A stretch of DNA of 64,000 nucleotides from Candidatus Woesearchaeota archaeon (GTDB lineage Archaea > Nanobdellota > Nanobdellia > Woesearchaeales > UBA12501), in contig JAWOBY010000050.1 of NCBI GenBank assembly GCA_046484055.1, forward strand, positions 1,232-65,231, in the 5' to 3' direction. Position 1 is the first letter of the stretch; each line of letters opens with the position of its first letter. The position numbers and the translations under genes are program-made. A model generated the notes under the pieces. It worked only from the letters and a program-made list of their open reading frames with translations. It searched no databases and was not told the origin of the DNA. Of this stretch, positions 29,700 through 37,698 are shown piece by piece.

Positions 29700-30041
29700 A
29701 TGATGCCGAATGTGAATCCGCGGATGATGAAACAGGCCATGAAGAAGATGGGCATGAAGCAGGAGGAGATAGAGGCCACTGAAGTGATAATAAAGACACC
29801 TGAGAATGAGATCGTGATCACAGAGCCCCAGGTGAGCAAGGTGAACATGATGGGCCAGGACACATATCAGGTCGTGGGCCAGGCCAATGTGAGGGAAAAG
29901 GGCTCAGAGGACAGCTTGAGCGAGGAGGACGTAAAGACAGTGGCGGAACAGGCGGGATCCAGCACTGAAGATGCGGAGAAAGCCCTCAAGGATAGCAGTG
30001 GAGACATCGCTGAAGCTATAATGAAACTGAAAGGGGAATAG
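29700..30041 (+). CDS. nac: nascent polypeptide-associated complex protein (NAC + UBA)
   Basis: 113 aa. NPRMMKQAMKKMGM, NAC beta-barrel region, and C-terminal UBA (EEDVKTVAEQAGSSTEDAEKALKDSSGDIAEAIMKLK). Confidence 0.9.
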   Translation: MMPNVNPRMMKQAMKKMGMKQEEIEATEVIIKTPENEIVITEPQVSKVNMMGQDTYQVVGQANVREKGSEDSLSEEDVKTVAEQAGSSTEDAEKALKDSSGDIAEAIMKLKGE

Positions 30042-30115
30042 GAGAATATACATGCCTGCCATCCCCCCGCAGAAATGTTCTTGTTTTGTATTGACTACTG
30101 TTTCCGAGCAAAAAG

Positions 30116-30123
30116 TTTATATA
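30116..30123 (+). promoter_or_regulatory. TATA-box-like element (leaderless spacing)
   Basis: tttatata lies 23-30 nt upstream of the ATG at 30146. Confidence 0.45.
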
Positions 30124-30145
30124 TAGATATCCATATTACCTGCTT

Positions 30146-30619
30146 ATGGACAGGGCCAGGGATGCTGCTGAGAAGGCCGTACGAAACTTGAAGATAGCTG
30201 ATCACATGCTGACGCAGACATATCCCTCAGTCAGGGATTCCAGACTGCTGCTCAGTGTCATGGAGAACGTGTTCCTCTCTATGACCAATTCCATGGCGGC
30301 GATACTCCATCACGAGCGGGCCCATAAGAGGATCCCCCCTTTCCAGAACAATTTTGAATCAAAATTCAACATGTTCAAGCTCAAGGTGGCCCACAGGCAT
30401 AACATAGACAAGGAATACATGAGCCTGATAAGCGCTTTGAAGAACACTCTCGTGGCGCACAAGAAAAGCCCTGTGGAGTTCAGCAGGAAGGATGTCTTTG
30501 TGATATGCTCTGACAGCTATGACATGAAAACAGTCTCAGTTGAGAATGTGAGGGACTATGTAAACAAAGCCAAGGGATTCGTCCGGACAATGCAGGGCAT
30601 TGTGGGGGTTGAGACATGA
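30146..30619 (+). CDS. hypothetical helical protein, paralog A
   Basis: 157 aa. Shares N-terminal (AxxxLKxxDHxL...SxxE) and C-terminal (F(S/T)R...V..Y...A..F...MQ) patterns with the ORF at 30744. Confidence 0.6.
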   Translation: MDRARDAAEKAVRNLKIADHMLTQTYPSVRDSRLLLSVMENVFLSMTNSMAAILHHERAHKRIPPFQNNFESKFNMFKLKVAHRHNIDKEYMSLISALKNTLVAHKKSPVEFSRKDVFVICSDSYDMKTVSVENVRDYVNKAKGFVRTMQGIVGVET

Positions 30620-30743
30620 GACACTGCCTGATGCGCTGGACCGGGAGGCACTTAATCATAAGAGACCGCACAGAAGCTGTCAGTAAAGACAAGCTCCACA
30701 CGAGACACATCCAGATGATTAAAGACAATCTTAAGAGGGGAAT

Positions 30744-31199
30744 ATGAAAGAATCGCTGGAAAAAGCAAGGGAAGAGCTGAAAAGATCGGATCATCTTATC
30801 TATGTCAGCCTCAAATACACCAGGACATGCGATGTCTTCAAGAGCATAATTGAAAGGCTGATAAATGCCATGGATTTCATGATAGAGGCTCTGCTGAAGA
30901 AGGAAGCTGAAGACAACAATATAGAGGAGATACCGCCTCAGCCGATCGCGAAGTGCAAACTCTGCGCTGATACTACAGGTAATGACGAGATAAAGGAGAT
31001 GTGTGATTTCTTCCTCACCCTCAAAAAGATCAGCAGGGCAGGATTCACGAGAGAAAGGGAATACAGGAGGCATGTGACCATGAGGATGGATATCGAGGGC
31101 ACAGAGTGCAGCGTGGACATAGACACCATCACAGAATATTACAAGAGGACCCAGCATTATTATGATATGATCCAGGCCCTGCTGACAGGAGATGAATAG
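30744..31199 (+). CDS. hypothetical helical protein, paralog B
   Basis: 151 aa. Alignable by eye with the 30146 ORF (EKAREELKRSDHLIYVSL vs EKAVRNLKIADHMLTQTY). Confidence 0.6.
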   Translation: MKESLEKAREELKRSDHLIYVSLKYTRTCDVFKSIIERLINAMDFMIEALLKKEAEDNNIEEIPPQPIAKCKLCADTTGNDEIKEMCDFFLTLKKISRAGFTREREYRRHVTMRMDIEGTECSVDIDTITEYYKRTQHYYDMIQALLTGDE

Positions 31200-31337
31200 C
31201 AAGGAAATGCAAGCCACAGGAGGGGGACACAGGAAGATATAAATTGAGGGCAGGAACCCTGGCAGTAAAACATGACAAGTTAAGATGATAAGAGAGACGG
31301 CAGATGAAGAGCAGTCCCGAGAACAAGAGGTGGATAA

Positions 31338-32060
31338 ATGACTAAATTTCTGGCTGTTGCATCCGCAAAAGGAGGGGTCGGCAAGACCACCACCGCCCTG
31401 AACCTGGGCACTGCGCTCACTAACTTCGGCAAGGATGTGGTCATAGTCGACACGAACATGGGAACACCCCACATATCGCTCCATCTGGGATCGCCTAAAA
31501 TGAATGCCACCCTGAATGATTCCCTCTCAGGCAGGATCAACATAAGGGATGCCGCTTACCTGCATCCCTCAGGGATAAGGATAATCCCCTCAAGCATATC
31601 AAGCGACCACACGCGCGCTGCAGGGTATGGCCTGCTGCAGGAGACCCTGATGGATCTGGTGGGCACAACAGACCTTGTGCTGATGGACTCACCCGCGGGG
31701 AATGAAGGCGAGCAGGTCCTGAAAGCTTGTGATGAAGTGATAGTTGTACTGACCCCTGACACCCCTTCGCTCGCTGAGGCAATGAAGACCATAAGGACAG
31801 CTGAAGAATACGGAAAGAAGGTCATAGGGGCCATAATCAACAGGTCAAGAGGGGACAAGTTTGAGATGTCCGCAAACAACATAGAAAGCCTTCTGGAGAA
31901 GCCTGTCCTGGGTGTGATCCCTGAAGACGGTTCAGTGCTGAGGTCGCTGGCCCTTAACCACCCGGTGGTGTACACCCATCCTGAATCAGAAGCATCCCTG
32001 GGTTTCAAGGAGGTTGCTGCTGTACTGCTCGGCCAGGAATACAAGAGCGGAATAAACTGA
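31338..32060 (+). CDS. MinD/ParA-family P-loop ATPase
   Basis: 240 aa. Deviant Walker A VASAKGGVGKTTTALNLG, and Walker B VLMDSPAG. Confidence 0.85.
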   Translation: MTKFLAVASAKGGVGKTTTALNLGTALTNFGKDVVIVDTNMGTPHISLHLGSPKMNATLNDSLSGRINIRDAAYLHPSGIRIIPSSISSDHTRAAGYGLLQETLMDLVGTTDLVLMDSPAGNEGEQVLKACDEVIVVLTPDTPSLAEAMKTIRTAEEYGKKVIGAIINRSRGDKFEMSANNIESLLEKPVLGVIPEDGSVLRSLALNHPVVYTHPESEASLGFKEVAAVLLGQEYKSGIN

Positions 32061-32069
32061 AAGAGGAAG

Positions 32070-32624
32070 ATGGCGGAAACAATAAAGGACAGGATGATAA
32101 GAAGGGGATGGCCTGAGGAAGAGGCAGAGCAGGCCATGCAGATAATAAATTCTGAAGAGAAGAAAGAGAAACACAAGCACTTCAAGATGAGCATGAATTT
32201 CGTGGTCTACTGGACCGTTCTGCTGGTGCTCACCCTTGCCAACTTCGTGATATCCATAGTCCTTGTACCATTCCTGCTCGTCCTGAAGCCGTTCCTTGTG
32301 GAGATGATAGTGGCTGTCATGGCGATCATATTCGGGCTCTTGTTCAATCTTGTGGTGAGGGATATAGAACACATAGAAACCAAGCACCATGTGGCTGCAG
32401 CAGTGTTCATACCCGCTGTGGCGATAATAAACATATTTATAATGGTCAATATCGCGAACACCATAGCGGAGAGGATAGACCTGTCTCTCCAGCAGAATCC
32501 GGTGTTTGTCAGCCTCATATACGCTGCAGTGTTCCTGCTGCCTTACGGATTCACCTCGCTGAGGGAATATCTGAAATCAAGAAAGGAAGGTCAAGGCAGG
32601 CAGGAGAGCGGCGGACAATCCTGA
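32070..32624 (+). CDS. membrane protein, unknown function
   Basis: 184 aa. Cytoplasmic N-terminal helix (RMIRRGWPEEEAEQAMQII), then four hydrophobic helices. Starts 10 nt after the MinD-like stop. Confidence 0.6.
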   Translation: MAETIKDRMIRRGWPEEEAEQAMQIINSEEKKEKHKHFKMSMNFVVYWTVLLVLTLANFVISIVLVPFLLVLKPFLVEMIVAVMAIIFGLLFNLVVRDIEHIETKHHVAAAVFIPAVAIINIFIMVNIANTIAERIDLSLQQNPVFVSLIYAAVFLLPYGFTSLREYLKSRKEGQGRQESGGQS

Positions 32625-32774
32625 TACTTCTGTGTTCTGCATGAAATTATATGCTCTGCAGGAAATCATTGAGCGTATTAATGACTGTAAAAGCAACCGC
32701 AATAAACAATTAGAGAATGGATTTGCGCCATTTTCAATAAGGATGGAGTATGCGGGGAAGCGGATTTCATAAAA

Positions 32775-32782
32775 TTTATAAA
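32775..32782 (+). promoter_or_regulatory. TATA-box-like element for tRNA-His
   Basis: tttataaa lies 26-33 nt upstream of the tRNA 5' end. Confidence 0.5.
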
Positions 32783-32807
32783 GCCGCTCAATGAAGAGGA
32801 TGGCGAT

Positions 32808-32880
32808 GGCGGCAATAGTATAGTGGTCAGTACGCGGGACTGTGGATCCCGAGACCTGGGTTCGATTCCCAGTTGCCGCC
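32808..32880 (+). tRNA. tRNA-His (anticodon GUG) with genome-encoded G-1
   Basis: Manual cloverleaf. Acceptor GCGGCAA/TTGCCGC plus G-1:C73. D arm GTAT-AGTGGTCA-GTAC. Anticodon arm CGGGA-CTGTGGA-TCCCG. T arm CTGGG-TTCGATT-CCCAG. No encoded CCA. Confidence 0.9.
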
Positions 32881-33140
32881 TTGATAATTCATGCCTTTAC
32901 ATCATGGGCGGGAGCATGACATGGGAAGTGCCACAGCCCAAAAGCTTTATAAATAAGCTCTTGTACAGCAATAATATACCTTTATAAGCCTTAAAAAGCT
33001 TGATAAAGCCCGAGTTCAAAGCATTTGAGCGATTAAAAGGGCCAAAACCTTTTAATTCTGTCTCTTTATGCTTTACGGCTGTGAGGGCGCACATGGGTGA
33101 TCACAGGCCGGAATGACAAGGGCTCGAAGGGAATTCAAAA

Positions 33141-33608
33141 ATGGCAGAAAGCGAAAATTTCAGGCATATAGTAAGGATTGCTGAATCAGATCTTGAGGGA
33201 ACAAAGCCCATAATAGATTCATTGAGGAACGTCAAGGGAGTGGACTTCATGTTCTCAAACGCCATATGCAGGGTATCAGGCATCAGCAAGGAAAAGAGGA
33301 CAGGCGACCTCAGTGATGAGGAGATAAAACAGATAGACAATGTCATAAAGGAACCATTGAAATACAACATACCGAAATGGATGCTTAACAGGAGAGAGGA
33401 TTATGATACAGGAGAAGACCTCCAGCTTGTAGGGGGAAGCATAAGGTTTGTGAGGGATAACGACATAAAGAGGATGAGGATGATAAAAGCTTACAGGGGA
33501 GTCAGGCACTCATCAGGACTTCCTGTGAGGGGGCAGAGGATAAAGGCGAATTTCAGGAGGAATAAAGGCAAAGTTACAGGTGTGAAGAGGAAGTCAGGTA
33601 AAAAATAA
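33141..33608 (+). CDS. rps13: 30S ribosomal protein S13 (uS13)
   Basis: 155 aa. FRHIVRIAESDLEGTKPIIDSLRNVKGV and C-terminal RGQRIKANFRRNKG. Confidence 0.95.
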   Translation: MAESENFRHIVRIAESDLEGTKPIIDSLRNVKGVDFMFSNAICRVSGISKEKRTGDLSDEEIKQIDNVIKEPLKYNIPKWMLNRREDYDTGEDLQLVGGSIRFVRDNDIKRMRMIKAYRGVRHSSGLPVRGQRIKANFRRNKGKVTGVKRKSGKK

Positions 33609-33629
33609 GCGGAGAACACGGAGAACAAA

Positions 33630-34394
33630 ATGGGGGACCCAAGGAAGACAAGAAAAAGTTTCCAGACGCCGAGGCATCCATGGAACAAAACCACCATAGA
33701 TGAAGAGAAAGGCATAACCAAAGAGTACAGTATGAAGAATAAGAGGGAGATCTGGAAGATGGAGTCCCGCCTCAGGAACTTTGCTGACAGGGCCAAAAGG
33801 CTCATAGCCGCTGAAACAGCAAACGCTGAGAAGGAAAAGCAGGAGCTGATAACCAAACTGCAGTCCCTCGGCCTGATATCAATAGAAGCGGATCTTGATG
33901 ATGTTCTCAGCCTGACACTCAGAGACATACTGGAGAGAAGGCTCCAGACCATCACTTACAAGAAGAATCTCGCAAAAACAATGAAGCAGGCAAGGCAGTT
34001 CATAGTGCACGGTCACATAGTATGCGGCGACAAGAAGCTCACATCACCCTCCTATCTTGTACCTGTAAAGGAGGAAGGAATGATAAGTTTTGTGGAGAGA
34101 TCATCCCTGAACGACCCTGAACACCCTGAAAGGGTCATACAGTCAGAATCAGATGCAAAAAAGAAAGGCAGGAAAGAGGAAGGAACCGGCAAGGGCGATG
34201 CTGCTGACAATAAAAGCGCCCAAAAGGAAGACAAGAAGAAATCCCCTGACAAGAGCAGGCAGAAAAGCGGTAAGAGAGGGGATAATAAAGAGGCAGGGGA
34301 GAAGCAGAATGCCGGGGCCCCAGAAGAAGGAGAGACAGGGGAGAAAGAGACCAAGGAAGAGGATAAAAGTAACAAGGAAGAGGTTGCAGCCTGA
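33630..34394 (+). CDS. rps4: 30S ribosomal protein S4 (uS4) with Lys/Glu-rich C-terminal extension
   Basis: 254 aa. [18 protein letters not shown]-terminus and S4 domain ([28 protein letters not shown]). About 80 extra low-complexity residues at the C-terminus. Confidence 0.95.
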   Translation: MGDPRKTRKSFQTPRHPWNKTTIDEEKGITKEYSMKNKREIWKMESRLRNFADRAKRLIAAETANAEKEKQELITKLQSLGLISIEADLDDVLSLTLRDILERRLQTITYKKNLAKTMKQARQFIVHGHIVCGDKKLTSPSYLVPVKEEGMISFVERSSLNDPEHPERVIQSESDAKKKGRKEEGTGKGDAADNKSAQKEDKKKSPDKSRQKSGKRGDNKEAGEKQNAGAPEEGETGEKETKEEDKSNKEEVAA

Positions 34395-34396
34395 AA

Positions 34397-34798
34397 ATGA
34401 AGGATAAAAAACCGTTAAGATGGGGCATTGCGCACATATACTCATCATACAATAATACAATAATCCATGTCACAGATGTAACAGGCAGAGAGACAGTATC
34501 AAAAGCAGGGGGAGGCATGGTCGTCAAGGCCCACAGGATGGAATCCTCACCCACTGCGGCGATGATGGCCGCCAAAAAAGTGGCAGAGGAGACAAGGGAT
34601 AAGGGGATAACAGCCCTGCACGTGAGAATAAAAGCCCCAGGGGGCCACAACGGACCGCATAATCCTGGCCCCGGAGCGCAGGCTGCAGTGAGAGCCCTCT
34701 CAAGGATGGGAATAAGAATAGGTGTGATACAGGACGTGACCACAACACCCCACGACACATGCAGGAAGAGAGGAGGAAGAAGGGGAAGACGCGTCTAG
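34397..34798 (+). CDS. rps11: 30S ribosomal protein S11 (uS11)
   Basis: 133 aa. [19 protein letters not shown] and [30 protein letters not shown]. Confidence 0.95.
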   Translation: MKDKKPLRWGIAHIYSSYNNTIIHVTDVTGRETVSKAGGGMVVKAHRMESSPTAAMMAAKKVAEETRDKGITALHVRIKAPGGHNGPHNPGPGAQAAVRALSRMGIRIGVIQDVTTTPHDTCRKRGGRRGRRV

Positions 34799-34808
34799 AG
34801 GTGCAAAA

Positions 34809-35609
34809 ATGGATGTAAGTTATCTGTCCAAGGACAAGAAAACAGGGAGAGAATCATTTCTCATAAAAAACTCAAGCCCTATGATGGTTAATGTACTCAG
34901 GAGAGTCATCACCAGTGAAGTCCCGACTATGGCCATAGAGGATGTAGAGATAAGAAAGAACAGCTCAGTGCTGTATGACGAGATGCTGGCCCACAGGCTG
35001 GGGCTGATACCTCTTAAGACCGACCTCTCATCGTATAATACTGGCGAGGAGTGCAAATGCGAGGGTGAGGGGTGCGCCAAATGCACGCTGAAACTCACAA
35101 TGAAGGTGACCGCAAGATCCGATCAGGTAGTGACCGCTTCAGATATAAAATCAAGCGACCCCAAGGTCACTCCTGTATACGCCGACATGCCTGTGGTCAA
35201 ACTGCTCAAGGGGCAACAGATAGAGATAGAGGCCACAGCAAGACTGGGGAGGGGCAAGGAACACATGAAATGGTCGCCGGGCCATGTTTATTACAAGTAC
35301 AAGCCGGAGATCGAGATACAGAAACAGCCCAAGAACCCGGAAGAATTCGCCAAATCATGCCCGATGGGGGTGTTCGAGGTGAAGAACGGCAGGCTGGCAG
35401 TGAACAAGGACAAGCTGCTCGAGTGCCATAACTGCGGTGCGTGTGCTGATGCTGAACAGGGGGCAGTAAGACTCAATGAGTCAGACAGCGAGTTCGTTTT
35501 TTATGTGGAACCGTGGGGGCAGCTGACCGCAAAACAGATGTTCAACACTGCATTCGATGTTTATAACAGTAAGATTGACAGCTTCAAGGAGAGCATAGAC
35601 CGGATCTGA
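34809..35609 (+). CDS. rpoD: DNA-directed RNA polymerase subunit D
   Basis: 266 aa. LRRVITSEVPTMAIEDVEI and AHRLGLIPLK. Cys cluster CPMGVF...CHNCGAC (ferredoxin-like domain 3). Confidence 0.9.
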   Translation: MDVSYLSKDKKTGRESFLIKNSSPMMVNVLRRVITSEVPTMAIEDVEIRKNSSVLYDEMLAHRLGLIPLKTDLSSYNTGEECKCEGEGCAKCTLKLTMKVTARSDQVVTASDIKSSDPKVTPVYADMPVVKLLKGQQIEIEATARLGRGKEHMKWSPGHVYYKYKPEIEIQKQPKNPEEFAKSCPMGVFEVKNGRLAVNKDKLLECHNCGACADAEQGAVRLNESDSEFVFYVEPWGQLTAKQMFNTAFDVYNSKIDSFKESIDRI

Positions 35610-35650
35610 CCGCCCATAAAGTTTGGAGATTTGATTATACAAAGGTTCAT

Positions 35651-35776
35651 GCGGGAGTGCCGGAGGGGTCAAATGGGGCTGCTTTAAGTCTCAGACCAGA
35701 CGGGCTAGGTTGAGGAAAACAATTTCAGAAGCCTAGTGGCTTAGTGCCTGCGCGGGTTCGAAACCCGTCTCCCGCA
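35651..35776 (+). tRNA. tRNA-Leu (anticodon GAG) precursor with two predicted BHB introns
   Basis: Acceptor GCGGGAG/CTCCCGC with discriminator A. T arm GCGGG-TTCGAAA-CCCGT. Anticodon stem CTAGG (35705-09) / CCTAG (35732-36). Anticodon loop TT-GAG-G, interrupted after position 37 by a 15-nt intron (35716-35730). A second, 27-nt intron (35673-35699) sits in the D-loop. Splicing restores a GAGGGGTCAAA D-loop and gives an 84-nt class II tRNA with a 15-nt variable arm. Confidence 0.75.
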
Positions 35777-35806
35777 TAGTGATAATGAAAGACTCAAGAA
35801 AAAACA

Positions 35807-35914
35807 GCGGGAGATAAATCAACGGTCGTGGGATTGAGCGTAGCGAAATCCCACTTGGCATTGCGTGCGAGCTGAGCGTAACCAGCTCCGCGGGTTCGAA
35901 ACCCGTCTCCCGCA
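35807..35914 (+). tRNA. second tandem tRNA-like gene (same acceptor and T-arm as the tRNA-Leu; body not resolvable by eye)
   Basis: 108 nt. 5' GCGGGAG, and a 3' 30-nt block (cgcgggttcgaaacccgtctcccgcatagt) identical to 35747-35776. The interior contains perfect hairpins 35828-35835/35847-35854 (8 bp) and 35869-35874/35883-35888 (6 bp). No canonical D arm or anticodon loop was found. Confidence 0.4.
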
Positions 35915-35966
35915 TAGTAACCATTCGAAATAAGCACCCCCTGTTTTTGGGGCGTAATAAAGACAA

Positions 35967-36344
35967 GTGACCATAAAAATGACAAAAAGGACAGGAACAA
36001 CAAACCCTCAGATGAGGGGCCTTATAGATTTCCTTAAAAGGCAGTCCATAGAACAGAAAGTCGCTTTCTGGAAAAGGATTGCAGAGGACCTGGAGAAGCC
36101 CTCCAGAAAAAGAAGAATCATCAATCTGCACAGGATAAACAATCACACGAAGGAAGACGAGAACATAATAGTGCCCGGCAAGGTGCTGGGGACAGGATCC
36201 CTCAACCACAAGGTGAATGTGGCTGCATGGTCATTCTCTGACAGTGCGGTCGAAAAGATAAGGAAGGCCAACGGAAACTGCATAAGCATTGTGGAACTCA
36301 TGAAAAAGAACCCTAAAGGCCAGAACATAAGAATAATCGGATGA
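35967..36344 (+). CDS. rpl18e: 50S ribosomal protein L18e
   Basis: 125 aa. RTGTTNPQMRGLIDFLKRQS and VPGKVLGTGSLNHKVNVAAWSFS. The true start may be the Met at 35979. Confidence 0.9.
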   Translation: MTIKMTKRTGTTNPQMRGLIDFLKRQSIEQKVAFWKRIAEDLEKPSRKRRIINLHRINNHTKEDENIIVPGKVLGTGSLNHKVNVAAWSFSDSAVEKIRKANGNCISIVELMKKNPKGQNIRIIG

Positions 36345-36781
36345 AAGGAAAGGACAAAATGATAATAGATGCTACAAACCTGGTGCTCGGAAGGCTTGCG
36401 ACAGCGGCTGCAAAAAAAGCCCTCGCAGGGGAGAAGGTGGATATCGTCAACTCTGAGAAGGCGGTCATAACCGGCACTCCGGAACTCACATACAGGAGAT
36501 TCAAGGAGAAAAGGGACAGGGGAATCCCTCTCAAAGGGCCTTATTACCCTAGAATGCCTGACAGGATAGTGAGAAGGACTGTGAGGGGCATGCTCCCGTG
36601 GGACAAGACAAGAGGGAGGCAGGCCTTCAAGAATGTGATGTGCTACATAGGAGTCCCCGAAAGCCTTAAGAACGAGAAGACAGAAACAATAAGAGAGGCG
36701 GACATCTCAAAGGTCCCGAACCTCAAATACACCACAGTGGAACACATATCAAAACTATTAGGTGCAAAATGGCAAAAATAA
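36341..36781 (+). CDS. rpl13: 50S ribosomal protein L13 (uL13)
   Basis: 146 aa. IIDATNLVLGRLATAAAKKALAGEKV and RRTVRGMLPW. The start may be the second ATG at 36359. Confidence 0.95.
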   Translation: MKGKDKMIIDATNLVLGRLATAAAKKALAGEKVDIVNSEKAVITGTPELTYRRFKEKRDRGIPLKGPYYPRMPDRIVRRTVRGMLPWDKTRGRQAFKNVMCYIGVPESLKNEKTETIREADISKVPNLKYTTVEHISKLLGAKWQK

Positions 36782-37170
36782 TCCATACTTCAGGAACAAG
36801 GAAAAGGGCGAGAGCCAGAGCAACCATCAGGGAAGGCAAGGGCATCGTAAAGATAAACGGCAAGATGCTTGATGTGTTTGAGCCTGAAATGGCGAGGATG
36901 AAGATAAGAGAACCCCTTCTGCTGGTAAAAGATGTCTCCGGGAAGGTGGATATAGACGTGAATGTGCATGGCGGCGGGGTGATCTCAGGAGCGGATGCAG
37001 CAAGGCTCGCAGTAGGAAGGGCGCTGGCAGACTACACTGGAAAGGCAGGAGTGAAGGAAACGCTCTCAGGATACGACAGGAAACTCCTAGTGCCCGATGT
37101 GAGGCATAAGGAGCCCTGCAAACCCAATGTATCAAAACCGAGAAAGAAGAGACAGAAGTCATACAGGTAA
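36769..37170 (+). CDS. rps9: 30S ribosomal protein S9 (uS9)
   Basis: 133 aa. GTRKRARARATIREGKG, and the C-terminus ends in KSYR. Confidence 0.95.
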   Translation: MAKIIHTSGTRKRARARATIREGKGIVKINGKMLDVFEPEMARMKIREPLLLVKDVSGKVDIDVNVHGGGVISGADAARLAVGRALADYTGKAGVKETLSGYDRKLLVPDVRHKEPCKPNVSKPRKKRQKSYR

Positions 37171-37215
37171 AGCGATCAGGATGGAAAGGTAAAATAAAAT
37201 ATCAAAGGTGCGAGA

Positions 37216-37413
37216 ATGATAATACCTATAAGATGTTACAGCTGCGGAAAACCGGTAGGACACCTCTGGGAGGAATTCAAGAAAAGGGTCTCTGCAGGAG
37301 AGGACAGGAAGAAAATCCTGGATGATATGGGCCTTGACAGATACTGCTGCAGAGGGCTCTTCATGGGGCATGTGGACCTCATAGACACTGTAGCTAAATT
37401 CAAGAAATTTTGA
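37216..37413 (+). CDS. rpoN: DNA-directed RNA polymerase subunit N (Rpb10)
   Basis: 65 aa. MIIPIRCYSCGKPVGHLWEEF and RYCCRGLFMGHVDL. Confidence 0.95.
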   Translation: MIIPIRCYSCGKPVGHLWEEFKKRVSAGEDRKKILDDMGLDRYCCRGLFMGHVDLIDTVAKFKKF

Positions 37414-37434
37414 GGCCGACAAGGAAGTGAAAGA

Positions 37435-37626
37435 ATGAGTTACAGGTCAGCAAAGAAGCCGATACTTCTCCGCAGGGGAAGAAACAGGAAGACCAGGCCC
37501 AAGACATTCCATACTGAAGAGGCTGCAAAGAAGTGGGCGGAGGAGAACGGCCTGAAAAAGTATTCGCTTGTTGACATGAAGAATCCCGGCTCAAAGAAGA
37601 GGAAGATAAAGGTCATCGAGCAATAA
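37435..37626 (+). CDS. small basic protein of unknown function
   Basis: 63 aa, Lys/Arg-rich (MSYRSAKKPILLRRGRNRKTRPKTF...). Begins 22 nt after rpoN, on the same strand. Confidence 0.5.
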   Translation: MSYRSAKKPILLRRGRNRKTRPKTFHTEEAAKKWAEENGLKKYSLVDMKNPGSKKRKIKVIEQ

Positions 37627-37668
37627 TCCATTCTTTATTGTACATATTTTCCATCGCACCCCATTAAA

Positions 37669-37676
37669 TTTATATA
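37669..37676 (+). promoter_or_regulatory. TATA-box-like element upstream of leuS (leaderless spacing)
   Basis: tttatata lies 23-30 nt upstream of the ATG at 37699. Confidence 0.5.
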
Positions 37677-37698
37677 TAAACCCCTTTTATCCAACCCA

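Noticed and set aside
30480-31484. 334-aa minus-strand ORF spanning three plus-strand genes
   Set aside because: It is antisense to the two paralogous helical proteins and the MinD-like ATPase, whose Walker motifs are clear. The translation is Cys/Ser/Leu/Pro low complexity with no motif, which is explained by purine-rich sense strands.
35733-36209. 158-aa minus-strand ORF containing a repeated MRETGFEPA peptide
   Set aside because: The repeat is simply the antisense translation of the duplicated tRNA T-arm and acceptor sequence. The rest is antisense to rpl18e.
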